Source of the DNA: an uncultured bacterium
GTDB taxonomy: Bacteria; Bacillota_I; Bacilli_A; RF39; UBA660
NCBI GenBank assembly: GCA_949293285.1
Contig: CASFCU010000017.1
Location: 2,432 to 66,431, forward strand
Length of the DNA: 64,000 nucleotides
Direction: 5' to 3'
In this document: piece after piece, positions 40,367-52,780 of the stretch
Layout: the number at the start of each line of letters is the position of its first letter
Numbering within the stretch: position 1 is the first letter of the stretch
Notes under the pieces: model-generated
Told to the model about the DNA's origin: nothing
What the model saw: the letters and a program-made list of their open reading frames with translations, nothing else
Databases searched by the model: none
Position numbers and translations under genes: made by a program

Positions 40367-41728
40367 GTGGATAATTCTCTTTTATGGTCCAAGATTTTGG
40401 AAAAAATTAAAGCAGAAATCAATTCTTTATCGTATCAAACCTGGTTTGAAGAAACAAAACTATATGATTTAAGTAAAGGTGTAGCAAAAATATTAGTGCC
40501 ATATGCACTACATAAAGATCATTTAGCAAATAACTATAAAAAACTTATTATTTCTTGTTTCATTGAAGAAATAGGAGAATCCGTAGAATTAGAATTTTTA
40601 ATACAAGAAGATTTAATAGAAGATGATAATGACACTCATGAAAAAATATTAGAAGAAAATATCTACAATAATAATACTTTTGAATCGAATCTTAATAAAA
40701 AATATACTTTTGAAAATTTTATTGTAGGAAACAGCAATAGATTTGCCCATGCTGCAGCATTAGCCGTTGCCGAAAAACCGGGAGAAACCTACAATCCATT
40801 ATTTATATATGGAAACAGTGGATTAGGAAAAACACACTTAATGCACGCAATAGGAAACTATATAGAAAAAAATAGCAACAAAAGAATTCTTTATGTAACA
40901 AGTGAAACTTTTGTCTCAGAATTCGTGGAAATAACAAAAAAACAAGAAAATAAAAGCAATTTTGAATACATAGACTTTTTCAAACAAAAATATAGAAATA
41001 TCGATGTATTAATCATTGATGATATCCAATTTCTAGCGGGAGCAACAGAATCTCAAAAAGAATTTTTCCACACCTTTAATAACTTATATGGTGAAAATAA
41101 ACAAATAATTATATCATCCGATAGATCACCAAACGATTTAAAAGTCTTTGAAGATAGACTAAGAACCAGATTTAGTTGGGGACTACCAGTAAATATATAC
41201 CCACCGGACTTTGAACTAAAAGTTGCCATTTTAAAAAAACGGATAGTAGGGGAACAAGTAACAAAAGAGATTCCAGAACAAGTAATTGAATACATGGCAT
41301 CAAATATAGGAACAGATATAAGACAACTAGAAGGCAGCGTAAATAGACTAATGGCATACTCTACCATGATGGGAGCAGAAATAGATTTAAATCTAGCAAT
41401 CGAAGCTTTAAAAGATTATGTAAATAAAGGATTCAGTGAAAAAAATGATGTAAGTAGAATTCAAAAAATAGTAGCAGATTATTTCAAAATATCAATCGAA
41501 GATTTAAAATCAAAAAAAAGAAACGCCGACATTGCGTTTCCAAGGCAAATAGCCATGTACCTATGCAGAAAATTAACCGACGAATCTTTTCCTAAAATAG
41601 GAATAGAATTTGGAGGAAAAGATCATTCTACAGTAATGCACTCTTGTGAAAAAATAGAACAAGAAATAAAAAACAATAAAAGTTTTGCAGAAACGATAGA
41701 TAAATTGGAAAAAGATATTCACAATTAA
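40367..41728 (+). CDS. dnaA: Chromosomal replication initiator protein DnaA
   Basis: GTG start with a GGGAGGTGAGG RBS; AAA+ Walker A GNSGLGKTHL; C-terminal DNA-binding domain; 453 aa. Confidence 0.95.
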   Translation: MDNSLLWSKILEKIKAEINSLSYQTWFEETKLYDLSKGVAKILVPYALHKDHLANNYKKLIISCFIEEIGESVELEFLIQEDLIEDDNDTHEKILEENIYNNNTFESNLNKKYTFENFIVGNSNRFAHAAALAVAEKPGETYNPLFIYGNSGLGKTHLMHAIGNYIEKNSNKRILYVTSETFVSEFVEITKKQENKSNFEYIDFFKQKYRNIDVLIIDDIQFLAGATESQKEFFHTFNNLYGENKQIIISSDRSPNDLKVFEDRLRTRFSWGLPVNIYPPDFELKVAILKKRIVGEQVTKEIPEQVIEYMASNIGTDIRQLEGSVNRLMAYSTMMGAEIDLNLAIEALKDYVNKGFSEKNDVSRIQKIVADYFKISIEDLKSKKRNADIAFPRQIAMYLCRKLTDESFPKIGIEFGGKDHSTVMHSCEKIEQEIKNNKSFAETIDKLEKDIHN

Positions 41729-41855
41729 CATCATATCAACAACTTATCAACAAGAAAAAATAAAAAATACGTTTAAAAATAAAGGAAATTGAAACTTATC
41801 AACAATATCCACAGCAATAATATAAAAATAACTATAAGAAAGAAGGAATAATATT
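41729..41855. promoter_or_regulatory. oriC part 2: DnaA-box cluster and AT-rich unwinding region between dnaA and dnaN
   Basis: ATATCAACA (41734), TTATCAACA (41744), and tandem TTATCAACA ATATCCACA (41796-41813), plus the A/T-rich 41755-41790. Confidence 0.7.
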
Positions 41856-42986
41856 ATGAAATTAAAAATTAAAAGAGAATTACTATTAGAAAATTTAAAC
41901 AAAGTATCAAAGGCAATTTCTACAAAAAACTTAATACCAACACTATCTGGTATCAAATTTGATTTAACCAAAGAAGGACTTACTTTAACAGCATCAAACA
42001 ATGACATCACTATTCAAAAATTTATCAAAATAAAAGAAGATAACATGGACATTCAAAAAGAAGGAATAATAATTATTCAAGGAAAAGAAATTCTTGACAT
42101 AGTAAGAATAATAGGAGAAGAAGAAATCAACATAGAAGTAATAGATGAACTAAAAGTCCTAATATACACGGATGATGAAAAAATTAAATATGACTTAAAT
42201 GTAATAAATAAAAATGAATACCCAAATGTGAATCTTGAAAAAAGTGACAATCATGTTGTTTTAAAATCTGACGAATTATTAAATATTGTAAAAGAAACTG
42301 CTTTTGCAACATCTACAGACGAATCAAGACCAGTCTTAACAGGAATCAATTTTAAAATTAATGGTGATCTATTAGAATGTAGTGCAACAGATTCTTATAG
42401 ATTAGCAAAAAAAGAAATTAGACTTAATAAACCAGTGGAAGAAATATATAATATTATAATTCCTGGAAAGAATTTAATAGAATTTAGTAGAATAATTGAT
42501 GATAGAGAAGGGGAAATCAATATTCATATTTTCAACAATAAAATATTATTTGAAGAAGATAATTTATTATTTCAATCTAGATTAATCAATGGAAATTATC
42601 CTAACACTTCGAAATTAATACCAGAAGAATCTATTTTGAAAATTACTGCTAGATTATCACAATTATATAATGTAATAGAACAAGCAAGTATTCTTACGAC
42701 AGATAAAGAAAAAAATATCGTTTCTCTATCAACAAATGGAAATTTATTAACTGTTAAATCAGTATCAAATGAAAAAGGAAAAGCAGAAATGAAAATGAAT
42801 ATAGAGAAAAATAATACTGAAGAAATTACTATAGCATTTAGTGCAAAATACATGATGGAAGCTTTAAATGCTCTAACTACAGAAAATGTCGAAATGTCAT
42901 TTGTAGGAGAAATAAAACCAATAACAATAAAGAATACAACAGACGATGGTTTAATACAATTAGTAGTACCAATAAGAACCTATTAA
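41856..42986 (+). CDS. dnaN: DNA polymerase III beta sliding clamp
   Basis: 376 aa; three-domain clamp; MKLKIKRELLLENLNKVSKAIS. Confidence 0.95.
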   Translation: MKLKIKRELLLENLNKVSKAISTKNLIPTLSGIKFDLTKEGLTLTASNNDITIQKFIKIKEDNMDIQKEGIIIIQGKEILDIVRIIGEEEINIEVIDELKVLIYTDDEKIKYDLNVINKNEYPNVNLEKSDNHVVLKSDELLNIVKETAFATSTDESRPVLTGINFKINGDLLECSATDSYRLAKKEIRLNKPVEEIYNIIIPGKNLIEFSRIIDDREGEINIHIFNNKILFEEDNLLFQSRLINGNYPNTSKLIPEESILKITARLSQLYNVIEQASILTTDKEKNIVSLSTNGNLLTVKSVSNEKGKAEMKMNIEKNNTEEITIAFSAKYMMEALNALTTENVEMSFVGEIKPITIKNTTDDGLIQLVVPIRTY

Positions 42987-43066
42987 AAAAAGCAAAAAAA
43001 GACAAAATATGACAAATATCTATGTTAATATATCATCCATAATTTTCAAAGGGGGATATATTATAT

Positions 43067-43525
43067 ATGGAAAATTATGAAATAAATGAAGAGACTTATG
43101 CAGTAATATCTGAATATTTTGGACAAACCAAAATTATTGAGAAAGATAGTGAATGGATCATCGAAAGTCAGGCTTATAAGATTATGGATGAAAGCTGTCA
43201 ATATTATGGAAGTAGTTATAAAGGAAGATTAACAGCCTCCAAAAAAATGTTAGAATGTAGCTATAAATTACCAATCGTGGTAGAAGAAAGCAGTTGTCTG
43301 ATATTTTTTCCTACAAAATCTTCACTAGTAGATGATTGTTGTTGGATTAATTTAAACAGTATAAAAAAAGTGGAAAAAGATGGCAAAAACACTAAAATTA
43401 TCTTTAATAATGACAAAGAAATCGTATTGGAAATATCAAAATTATCAATCGATAATCAAATCTATAGATCTACTAAGTTAGAATCATTAATTAAAAAGAG
43501 AATAAATGCAAAAAAAAGGATATAA
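43067..43525 (+). CDS. comK: ComK family competence transcription factor homolog
   Basis: YEINEETYAVIS...SCQYYGSSYKGR...KLPIVVEESSCLIFFPTKSS...CCWINL...SIDNQIYRSTKL aligns block-for-block with B. subtilis ComK (SCRFFGSSYAGR, KPPIMVDPSNQIFLFPTLSS, CGWI, NQVYRTAWL); 152 aa. Confidence 0.75.
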   Translation: MENYEINEETYAVISEYFGQTKIIEKDSEWIIESQAYKIMDESCQYYGSSYKGRLTASKKMLECSYKLPIVVEESSCLIFFPTKSSLVDDCCWINLNSIKKVEKDGKNTKIIFNNDKEIVLEISKLSIDNQIYRSTKLESLIKKRINAKKRI

Positions 43526-43604
43526 CTCCTTTTTTTCTTTGTTTAAAGGCTTATTTTATGATATAATCATATTGTATGTATGGGAATACTTATATTAGGT
43601 TAAG

Positions 43605-46671
<3,067 letters not shown>

Positions 46672-46680
46672 GAGGTTAAT

Positions 46681-49122
46681 ATGGATAGGTTAGAACAAAA
46701 TAATATAGTAAAAGAGGTTCAAACATCATTTTTGGAATATTCAATGAGCGTTATTGTAGCACGTGCTTTACCTGATTTAAGAGATGGATTAAAACCAGTA
46801 CATAGACGTATATTATATTCAATGTTTGAGTCAGGATATACGCCAGATAAACAACATCGTAAATGTGCCAGAATAGTCGGAGATGTTATGGGAAAATATC
46901 ATCCACACGGGGATTCTAGCATATATGAAGCAATGGTAAGAATGGCACAAGATTTTAGCTATCGTTACATGTTAGTAGATGGACATGGTAACTTTGGTAA
47001 CATGGATGGTGATGGTGCTGCTGCTATGCGTTATACCGAAGCTAGGCTTTCTAAAATCAGTTTGGAACTTTTGAGAGATTTAAATAAAGATACGGTAAAT
47101 TTTATTTCTAATTTTGATGAAACAGAAAAAGAACCAGAAGTAATACCAAGTAGATTCCCAAATATATTGGTAAATGGTACTATGGGAATTGCTGTGGGAA
47201 TGGCAACCAATATTCCACCTCATAATTTAGGAGAAGTAATAGATGGCTGCATTGCATATATTGATAACAATGAAATAACACCATTAGAACTTATGAATTA
47301 TATAAAGGGACCGGATTTTCCAACTGGTGCAATCATATTAGGAAATAGTGGTATCAGAAAGGCTTATGAAACAGGAAGAGGAACTATTACTATTCGATGC
47401 AAAGCCAACATAGAAGAGACTAATAATAAACACCGTATAGTAATAACAGAAATTCCCTATGGTATAAATACACTGGAATTAAAAAATAGAATTGCAGAAT
47501 TGGTAAGAGATAAAGTATTAGAGGGAATTGCAGATTATCATGAAGAAACGAATATAGAAAATGGTGTAAAAATAGTAGTCACTCTAAAAAAAGAAGCTAA
47601 TCCGAATGTCGTATTGAATAATCTTTATAAACACACTGCATTACAATCAACTTTTGGAATAATATTTCTTATGTTAGACAAAGGTGTACCAAAAACCTTA
47701 AATATAAAAGAAATCATAAGTAAATACGTAGAATATCAACGAGAAGTAATAACAAGGAGAACTAATTTTGATTTAAAAAAGGCCGAAGCACGAGCACATA
47801 TTTTAGAAGGATATAAAATTGCCTTAGATAATTTAGATGCAGTAATAAATATAATTAGAAATGCAGAAACAGATTTAATTGCAAAAGAAAAGCTAATGAG
47901 TAATTTTAATTTAAGTGAAGCACAAACAGACGCAATATTAGAATTAAAATTACGTAGACTAACTGGATTGGAAAGAGATAAAATAGAACAGGATCTAGAA
48001 GAAACATTAAATCTAATCAATGAATTAAAATCAATCTTAGCAAGTGAAGAAAAAATAGATGAGATAATAAAGAAAGAAATGACTGAAATTAAAGAAAAAT
48101 ATTCTGATGATAGAAGAACAACTATAGATATGTCAGCTATTGATTATATTGAAGATGAATCACTAATACCAGTAGAGGATATCATCATAGCACTTACTAA
48201 TAAAGGATATATTAAAAGAGTTCCAAACGAGACGTTCAAAACTCAAAATAGGGGAGGAGTTGGTATCAAAGGAATGTCTACTAATGAAGAAGATTTTCCA
48301 GAGAAATTGATATCGATGAAAACTCATGATTATTTATTAATGTTCAGTAATTTTGGTAAGGTATATAGAATGAAAGGATATGAGATTCCAGAATTTAGCA
48401 GACAATCCAAAGGACTGCCAATAGTAAATTTAATACCTTTAGAAAAAAACGAAAGAATAACGTCAGTAGTAACCGTAGATTCATCAGATAATGAAATTAA
48501 CAAATACTTAGTTTTCGTAACAAAATTTGGTTTAATTAAGAGAACAAATATGCAAGAGTTTGACAGTATAAGGAATAATGGAAAAAAAGCAATCGTTTTA
48601 AAGGAAAATGATCAATTGATTTCAGTAAGAAAAACTACAGGAAAAAATGAAATCATCATTGGAGCAAGTAATGGTAGAGTTGTAAGATTTTATGAAAACG
48701 AAGTAAGAGTTATGGGAAGAGGAAGTTGTGGCGTAAAAGGAATCGATATTAATGATAATGAGTTTGTAGTAGGAGCAGAAATAATTTCCCAAGATGAACA
48801 AGTTTTGATTGTAACTGAAAATGGATATGGAAAGAAAACTCCAATCGAAGAATACAGATTGACGCATAGAGGAAGTAAGGGTGTAAAAACATTAAATGTA
48901 ACAGAAAAGAATGGTAATATTGTATCTTTAAAAACTGTTTTGGGAGATGAAGATTTAATTATTATAACAGATACAGGAATGACAATACGAATTTCAATAA
49001 CACAAATTTCCACTTTAAGTAGAAATACTCAAGGGGTTCGATTAATTACATTGAAAAATAATCAAAAAGTTTCAACAATAGCAACAATTGATAAACTGAT
49101 GGAAGAAGAATTGAATGAATAA
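46681..49122 (+). CDS. gyrA: DNA gyrase subunit A
   Basis: Active-site region AMRYTEARL with the Tyr; a QRDR-like [17 protein letters not shown]; a C-terminal beta-pinwheel; 813 aa. Confidence 0.95.
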   Translation: MDRLEQNNIVKEVQTSFLEYSMSVIVARALPDLRDGLKPVHRRILYSMFESGYTPDKQHRKCARIVGDVMGKYHPHGDSSIYEAMVRMAQDFSYRYMLVDGHGNFGNMDGDGAAAMRYTEARLSKISLELLRDLNKDTVNFISNFDETEKEPEVIPSRFPNILVNGTMGIAVGMATNIPPHNLGEVIDGCIAYIDNNEITPLELMNYIKGPDFPTGAIILGNSGIRKAYETGRGTITIRCKANIEETNNKHRIVITEIPYGINTLELKNRIAELVRDKVLEGIADYHEETNIENGVKIVVTLKKEANPNVVLNNLYKHTALQSTFGIIFLMLDKGVPKTLNIKEIISKYVEYQREVITRRTNFDLKKAEARAHILEGYKIALDNLDAVINIIRNAETDLIAKEKLMSNFNLSEAQTDAILELKLRRLTGLERDKIEQDLEETLNLINELKSILASEEKIDEIIKKEMTEIKEKYSDDRRTTIDMSAIDYIEDESLIPVEDIIIALTNKGYIKRVPNETFKTQNRGGVGIKGMSTNEEDFPEKLISMKTHDYLLMFSNFGKVYRMKGYEIPEFSRQSKGLPIVNLIPLEKNERITSVVTVDSSDNEINKYLVFVTKFGLIKRTNMQEFDSIRNNGKKAIVLKENDQLISVRKTTGKNEIIIGASNGRVVRFYENEVRVMGRGSCGVKGIDINDNEFVVGAEIISQDEQVLIVTENGYGKKTPIEEYRLTHRGSKGVKTLNVTEKNGNIVSLKTVLGDEDLIIITDTGMTIRISITQISTLSRNTQGVRLITLKNNQKVSTIATIDKLMEEELNE

Positions 49123-49153
49123 TTCTAATTCTTCTTTTTTTTGTGGAAAAAGA

Positions 49154-49169
49154 TGTTTCACGTGAAACA
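49154..49169. promoter_or_regulatory. parS: parS centromere-like site (TGTTTCACGTGAAACA, a perfect 16-bp palindrome; 16/16 to consensus tGTTNCACGTGAAACa)
   Basis: Lies within a 20-bp perfect palindrome GATGTTTCACGTGAAACATC, 32 nt after the gyrA stop; embedded in a 57-bp repeat shared with 49840-49888. Confidence 0.8.
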
Positions 49170-49256
49170 TCTAATACTAGAAACGGAGTAAAAGTTTTAA
49201 AATTTAAAATTTAGTAAAGAAAAATTTACAAACCCTAGGATATTTCTATAAAAAAG

Positions 49257-49285
49257 TTGAAATCTTTTTTCACATATAGTAAAAT
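49257..49285 (+). promoter_or_regulatory. Sigma-A type promoter of the SRP RNA gene (TTGAAA -17- TAAAAT)
   Basis: The -35 TTGAAA lies at 49257-49262; a 17-nt spacer; the -10 TAAAAT lies at 49280-49285; a predicted TSS ~49292 coincides with the 5' end of the SRP RNA terminal helix. Confidence 0.65.
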
Positions 49286-49291
49286 CTTGTT

Positions 49292-49372
49292 GATGCAATA
49301 GATACAGCGGAACCAGGTCAGGATTGGAAAATAGCAGCCTTAACGTATATAGTGTCTATGTGCATCATTTTT
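49292..49372 (+). ncRNA. ffs: Small (4.5S-like) signal recognition particle RNA
   Basis: The domain IV consensus is present: ACAGCGGAACCAGGTCAGGATTGGAAAATAGCAGCC (cf. CCAGGUCAGGUCCGGAAGGAAGCAGCC, including the GGAA tetraloop). The 5' GATGCAATAGATAC pairs with the 3' GTGTCTATGTGCATC, which is followed by a T8 run. Confidence 0.8.
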
Positions 49373-49387
49373 TTTGGAGTTGATTGT

Positions 49388-49822
49388 ATGAAAGATGATT
49401 CATATTATATGAATATAGCTTATAGAGAAGCCTTAAAGGCTTTGAAAAAAAATGAAATACCAGTAGGTGCAATAATTGTCTCTAATATTGATGGGAAAAT
49501 TATATCTAAAGGTCATAATTTAAGAGATAGCAAATACATAGTTACAAAACATGCTGAAATCATTGCAATTGAAAAAGCAAATAAGAAAAGGAAAAATTGG
49601 CGATTAAATGATTGTACATTATATACAACATTAAAGCCTTGTGATATGTGCATGTCTGTAATTTTTAGTTGTAAAATACCTAGAGTGATATATTCAGCAA
49701 ATTCAACTTGCTTAAATAATGCAAATAATTGTAGAATATCACAGATAGAAAATAACGAGTTGATTTTAAAAAGTTCATCAATAATTCAAAAAGCATTTGT
49801 TAATATTAGAAATCAAAAATAA
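49388..49822 (+). CDS. tadA: tRNA-specific adenosine deaminase TadA (CDA fold)
   Basis: HAE and PCxxC zinc-binding motifs (KHAEIIAIE ... LKPCDMCMSVI); start ATG 49388 after a GGAG RBS. The ORF-track N-terminal extension overlaps the ffs terminator. Confidence 0.85.
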   Translation: MKDDSYYMNIAYREALKALKKNEIPVGAIIVSNIDGKIISKGHNLRDSKYIVTKHAEIIAIEKANKKRKNWRLNDCTLYTTLKPCDMCMSVIFSCKIPRVIYSANSTCLNNANNCRISQIENNELILKSSSIIQKAFVNIRNQK

Positions 49823-49851
49823 AGAGATAGATCATTATCTGTGGAAAAAGA

Positions 49852-49867
49852 AGTTTCACGTGAAACA
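49852..49867. promoter_or_regulatory. parS: parS centromere-like site, second copy (AGTTTCACGTGAAACA; 15/16 to consensus)
   Basis: Lies 30 nt after the tadA stop, inside the second copy of the 57-bp repeat (tgtggaaaaagaaGTTTCACGTGAAACatagataaaaagaaacggagta). Confidence 0.75.
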
Positions 49868-49905
49868 TAGATAAAAAGAAACGGAGTAGATATTTCCCAA
49901 AAGAG

Positions 49906-49925
49906 AATATTTCCTGGGAAATATT
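49906..49925. promoter_or_regulatory. Noc-binding-site-like palindrome AATATTTCC-TG-GGAAATATT (core ATTTCCTGGGAAAT, 13/14 to NBS ATTTCCCGGGAAAT); may double as the tadA terminator
   Basis: A 9-bp inverted repeat with a 2-nt centre, followed by TTTTAATT; a half-site ATATTTCCC also lies at 49890-49898. Confidence 0.45.
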
Positions 49926-50102
49926 TTTAATTAAAACAGAGAAGATAAAAGATAAATAAGCAAAGATTGTGGAAAAAATATTAGCAACAGAATATTTGGA
50001 AAAATATTGATAAAGAAAAATAAATGTAAATAAATATGTTCATAAAATTTAAGAAATATAAAAAATGTGTTATAATACTAGAGAAAAGTGAAAGGAGGGA
50101 AT

Positions 50103-51635
50103 ATGGGGTATCAAGCATTATATAGAAAGTATAGACCTAAAAATTTTAATGAAATTTCTGGTCAGAATGTAACAATTAAAATATTAAAAAATGCAGTAAA
50201 AAATAAAAAAATAGCACATGCATATCTATTCTATGGTCCAAGAGGAACTGGAAAAACTTCAATTGCAAAAATATTTGCAAGAGCAGTAAATTGTACAAAT
50301 GAAGAAAATGGAATACAGTGTGAAAGATGTGAAAGTTGTATATCTTCAAAACAAAAAGAATGTGTTGATATTATTGAAATAGATGCAGCATCTAACAATG
50401 GAGTAGATGAGATAAGAGAATTAAAAAACAAAGTATCCTTTGTTCCTAGTGAACTAAAATATAAAGTATATATTATTGATGAGGTGCATATGCTTTCAAT
50501 TGGCGCTTTTAATGCATTGTTAAAAACATTAGAAGAACCTCCTGAACATATAATATTTATATTAGCCACTACCGAATTACATAAGGTACCAGTAACAATA
50601 GTTTCTAGATGTCAAACTCTTGAATTTAGAAAAATAAGTGATACTGACATGAAAGATAGACTTTTAGAAATAGCTAAAAATGAGAATATTAAAATAGATG
50701 ATCAATCAGTTATGGAAATCGTTAAATATTCTAATGGTGGATTAAGAGATGCCATCGGATTATTAGAAAAAGCAAATTCATATTCGGAAGGAAATATAGA
50801 CATTAATGTAATTAAAGAAATATCGGGCAATCTTTCAACGATGAAATTAAAAGAATTCTTAAATCTATTTGAAGAAAAGAATATTGAGCAAATTATAAAA
50901 AAAATAAATGAATATTATAATAGTGGAGTAGATTTAATAAAATTAACTAATGAACTAGTTGAATTTCAACGAAATAAAATTATCAATGAAAGAAAATACG
51001 ATTCGTACGAATGTTCTATCATAAAACAACTTGATGAGCTAACAGACACTATGAAAAAATCAGAAAATCCAAAAATAATATTTGAAATCACAATACTAAA
51101 TATGTTAAATGACCCGAAAAATACAGATAAGGAACCAATTAAAGAAGAAGTAGAAACAAAAGTATTAACAGAAGAACCTAAGAACTCAACTAAAAATGAC
51201 AATGAAGAATTAAAAAAAATACGAGTTGGTAATACGCTTTCCGACCCTCAAAAAAATATTATTTCTTACATTAGAAATAACTGGAATGAACTCAAAAACT
51301 TAGCTTTTGATAGTAATTATGGAAATCTAGCAAGATTATTAAGTTCAGATATACTACCAGTTGCTGCAAGTCAAACTAACATAATATTGATATCAAAACT
51401 TAACGGCATAGCAGAACAAATAAACAATGATTTGTATAAAGTAGAAAAAATATTTGAAATAGTATTTAAAAAACAATATAAGGTAATATGTATTTCAGAG
51501 AAAGAATGGAATGAATACATAGAAATATATAAAAGAAATAAAAACACTTTTAAATATGTAGAAGAAAAAGAGGTTTATAAAAAACAAGAATTAACGTTAA
51601 AAGATAAAGTAAAAGAACTATTTGAAATTTTATAA
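50103..51635 (+). CDS. dnaX: DNA polymerase III subunit tau/gamma
   Basis: YRPKNFNEISGQN...GPRGTGKTSIAKIFARAVNC; Zn module CERCESC; SRC motif VSRCQ; a promoter with an extended -10 TGTTATAAT at 50067-50076 and an AAAGGAGGG RBS. Confidence 0.9.
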   Translation: MGYQALYRKYRPKNFNEISGQNVTIKILKNAVKNKKIAHAYLFYGPRGTGKTSIAKIFARAVNCTNEENGIQCERCESCISSKQKECVDIIEIDAASNNGVDEIRELKNKVSFVPSELKYKVYIIDEVHMLSIGAFNALLKTLEEPPEHIIFILATTELHKVPVTIVSRCQTLEFRKISDTDMKDRLLEIAKNENIKIDDQSVMEIVKYSNGGLRDAIGLLEKANSYSEGNIDINVIKEISGNLSTMKLKEFLNLFEEKNIEQIIKKINEYYNSGVDLIKLTNELVEFQRNKIINERKYDSYECSIIKQLDELTDTMKKSENPKIIFEITILNMLNDPKNTDKEPIKEEVETKVLTEEPKNSTKNDNEELKKIRVGNTLSDPQKNIISYIRNNWNELKNLAFDSNYGNLARLLSSDILPVAASQTNIILISKLNGIAEQINNDLYKVEKIFEIVFKKQYKVICISEKEWNEYIEIYKRNKNTFKYVEEKEVYKKQELTLKDKVKELFEIL

Positions 51636-51653
51636 AGAAAGAAGGAAAATAAT

Positions 51654-51950
51654 ATGAATATGCAAGCACTTATGAAACAAGCACAGAATTTACAAAAGGA
51701 TATGTTAAAAATTCAAGAGGAAATAGAAAACACAGAATTTGAAGGAGAAAATTCTTTAGTTAAAGTAAAAGTAAATGGTAAAAAAGAAATATTATCAATA
51801 ACAATTGATAAAAATGCATCATTGTCCAATGAGGACTTAGAAATGTTAGAAGATATGATAATGGTTTCTATAAATAATGCATTCAAGAAAGTTGATACAC
51901 TAAGAGAACAAAAAATGTCAAAATTTGGTAATATTCCAGGGATGTTCTAA
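51654..51950 (+). CDS. ybaB: YbaB/EbfC family nucleoid-associated protein
   Basis: MNMQALMKQAQNLQKDMLKIQEE; 98 aa; conserved between dnaX and recR. Confidence 0.9.
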   Translation: MNMQALMKQAQNLQKDMLKIQEEIENTEFEGENSLVKVKVNGKKEILSITIDKNASLSNEDLEMLEDMIMVSINNAFKKVDTLREQKMSKFGNIPGMF

Positions 51951-52546
51951 TGTATCCTGAAAGTCTAAAAAATTTAATAGAAAGTTTCAAACTTTTGCCT
52001 GGAATAGGAGAAAAAACAGCAGAAAGACTTGCATTCTACTTAATAAATGAAGATGTGGAAAAAACGGACTTTTTTGCAGAATCTATTAAAAATGCCAAAG
52101 AAAAAATAAAAAGATGCTCTATATGTAACAGTATAACCGATAAAGATATTTGTGATATATGCAGCAATGATCTAAGGGAAAAAAATGTATTGTGTGTAGT
52201 AGAAGACCCAAAAAGCATTTTCTTATTTGAAAAAGTAGGAACATATCATGGAGAATATCATGTTATTGATGGTTTAATATCACCTTTAGATGGTGTTGAT
52301 CCTGACGATATTGGACTTGAAAAATTAATAAAAAGAATTCAGAAAAATAAATATAAAGAAATAATAATAGCAGTAAAGCCAAGCATTGAAGGAGAAACAA
52401 CTGCTTTATATATCAAGAAAATTATGGAAGGAATGAACATAAAAGTAACGAGAATAGCAAGCGGTATTCCAATCGGTACAGATATCGAGTATATTGATAC
52501 AATGACATTGGAAAGGGCTCTTAACGATAGGAAAGAAATAGAATAA
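51950..52546 (+). CDS. recR: Recombination protein RecR
   Basis: HhH at the N-terminus, C4 zinc finger CSICNSITDKDICDIC, a Toprim domain; 198 aa. Confidence 0.95.
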   Translation: MYPESLKNLIESFKLLPGIGEKTAERLAFYLINEDVEKTDFFAESIKNAKEKIKRCSICNSITDKDICDICSNDLREKNVLCVVEDPKSIFLFEKVGTYHGEYHVIDGLISPLDGVDPDDIGLEKLIKRIQKNKYKEIIIAVKPSIEGETTALYIKKIMEGMNIKVTRIASGIPIGTDIEYIDTMTLERALNDRKEIE

Positions 52547-52584
52547 AGTTCTTCTTTTTTTCATACTCTTTAACGAGGTGAACT

Positions 52585-52770
52585 ATGAAAAAAGCACTTT
52601 ATCTATTAAAAAAAATAATTTTTGCAGTCTTACTTTTATACACGTATAACTTAATAGGAGTATCTTTTAACCTAATAATCCCAATTAACTATATCACAGT
52701 ATCTATTGTTACTATACTTGATTTACCAGGATTTGCATTATTGATAGTTATATTAAAATTATTTTACTAA
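52585..52770 (+). CDS. bofA: BofA-like pro-sigma-K processing inhibitor family small membrane protein
   Basis: GVSFNLIIPINYITVSIVTILDLPGFALLIVI parallels B. subtilis BofA GIHVPINLVTTAISGFLGIPGIAALVVI; same position after recR as in B. subtilis; RBS GAGGTG. Confidence 0.6.
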   Translation: MKKALYLLKKIIFAVLLLYTYNLIGVSFNLIIPINYITVSIVTILDLPGFALLIVILKLFY

Positions 52771-52780
52771 GAGAGGTTAT

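Noticed and set aside
49152-49171. 20-bp perfect palindrome GATGTTTCACGTGAAACATC, initially read as the gyrA terminator hairpin
   Set aside because: No U-run follows it on the plus strand, and it matches the parS consensus exactly, so it is reinterpreted as a ParB-binding site. A weak terminator role is not excluded.
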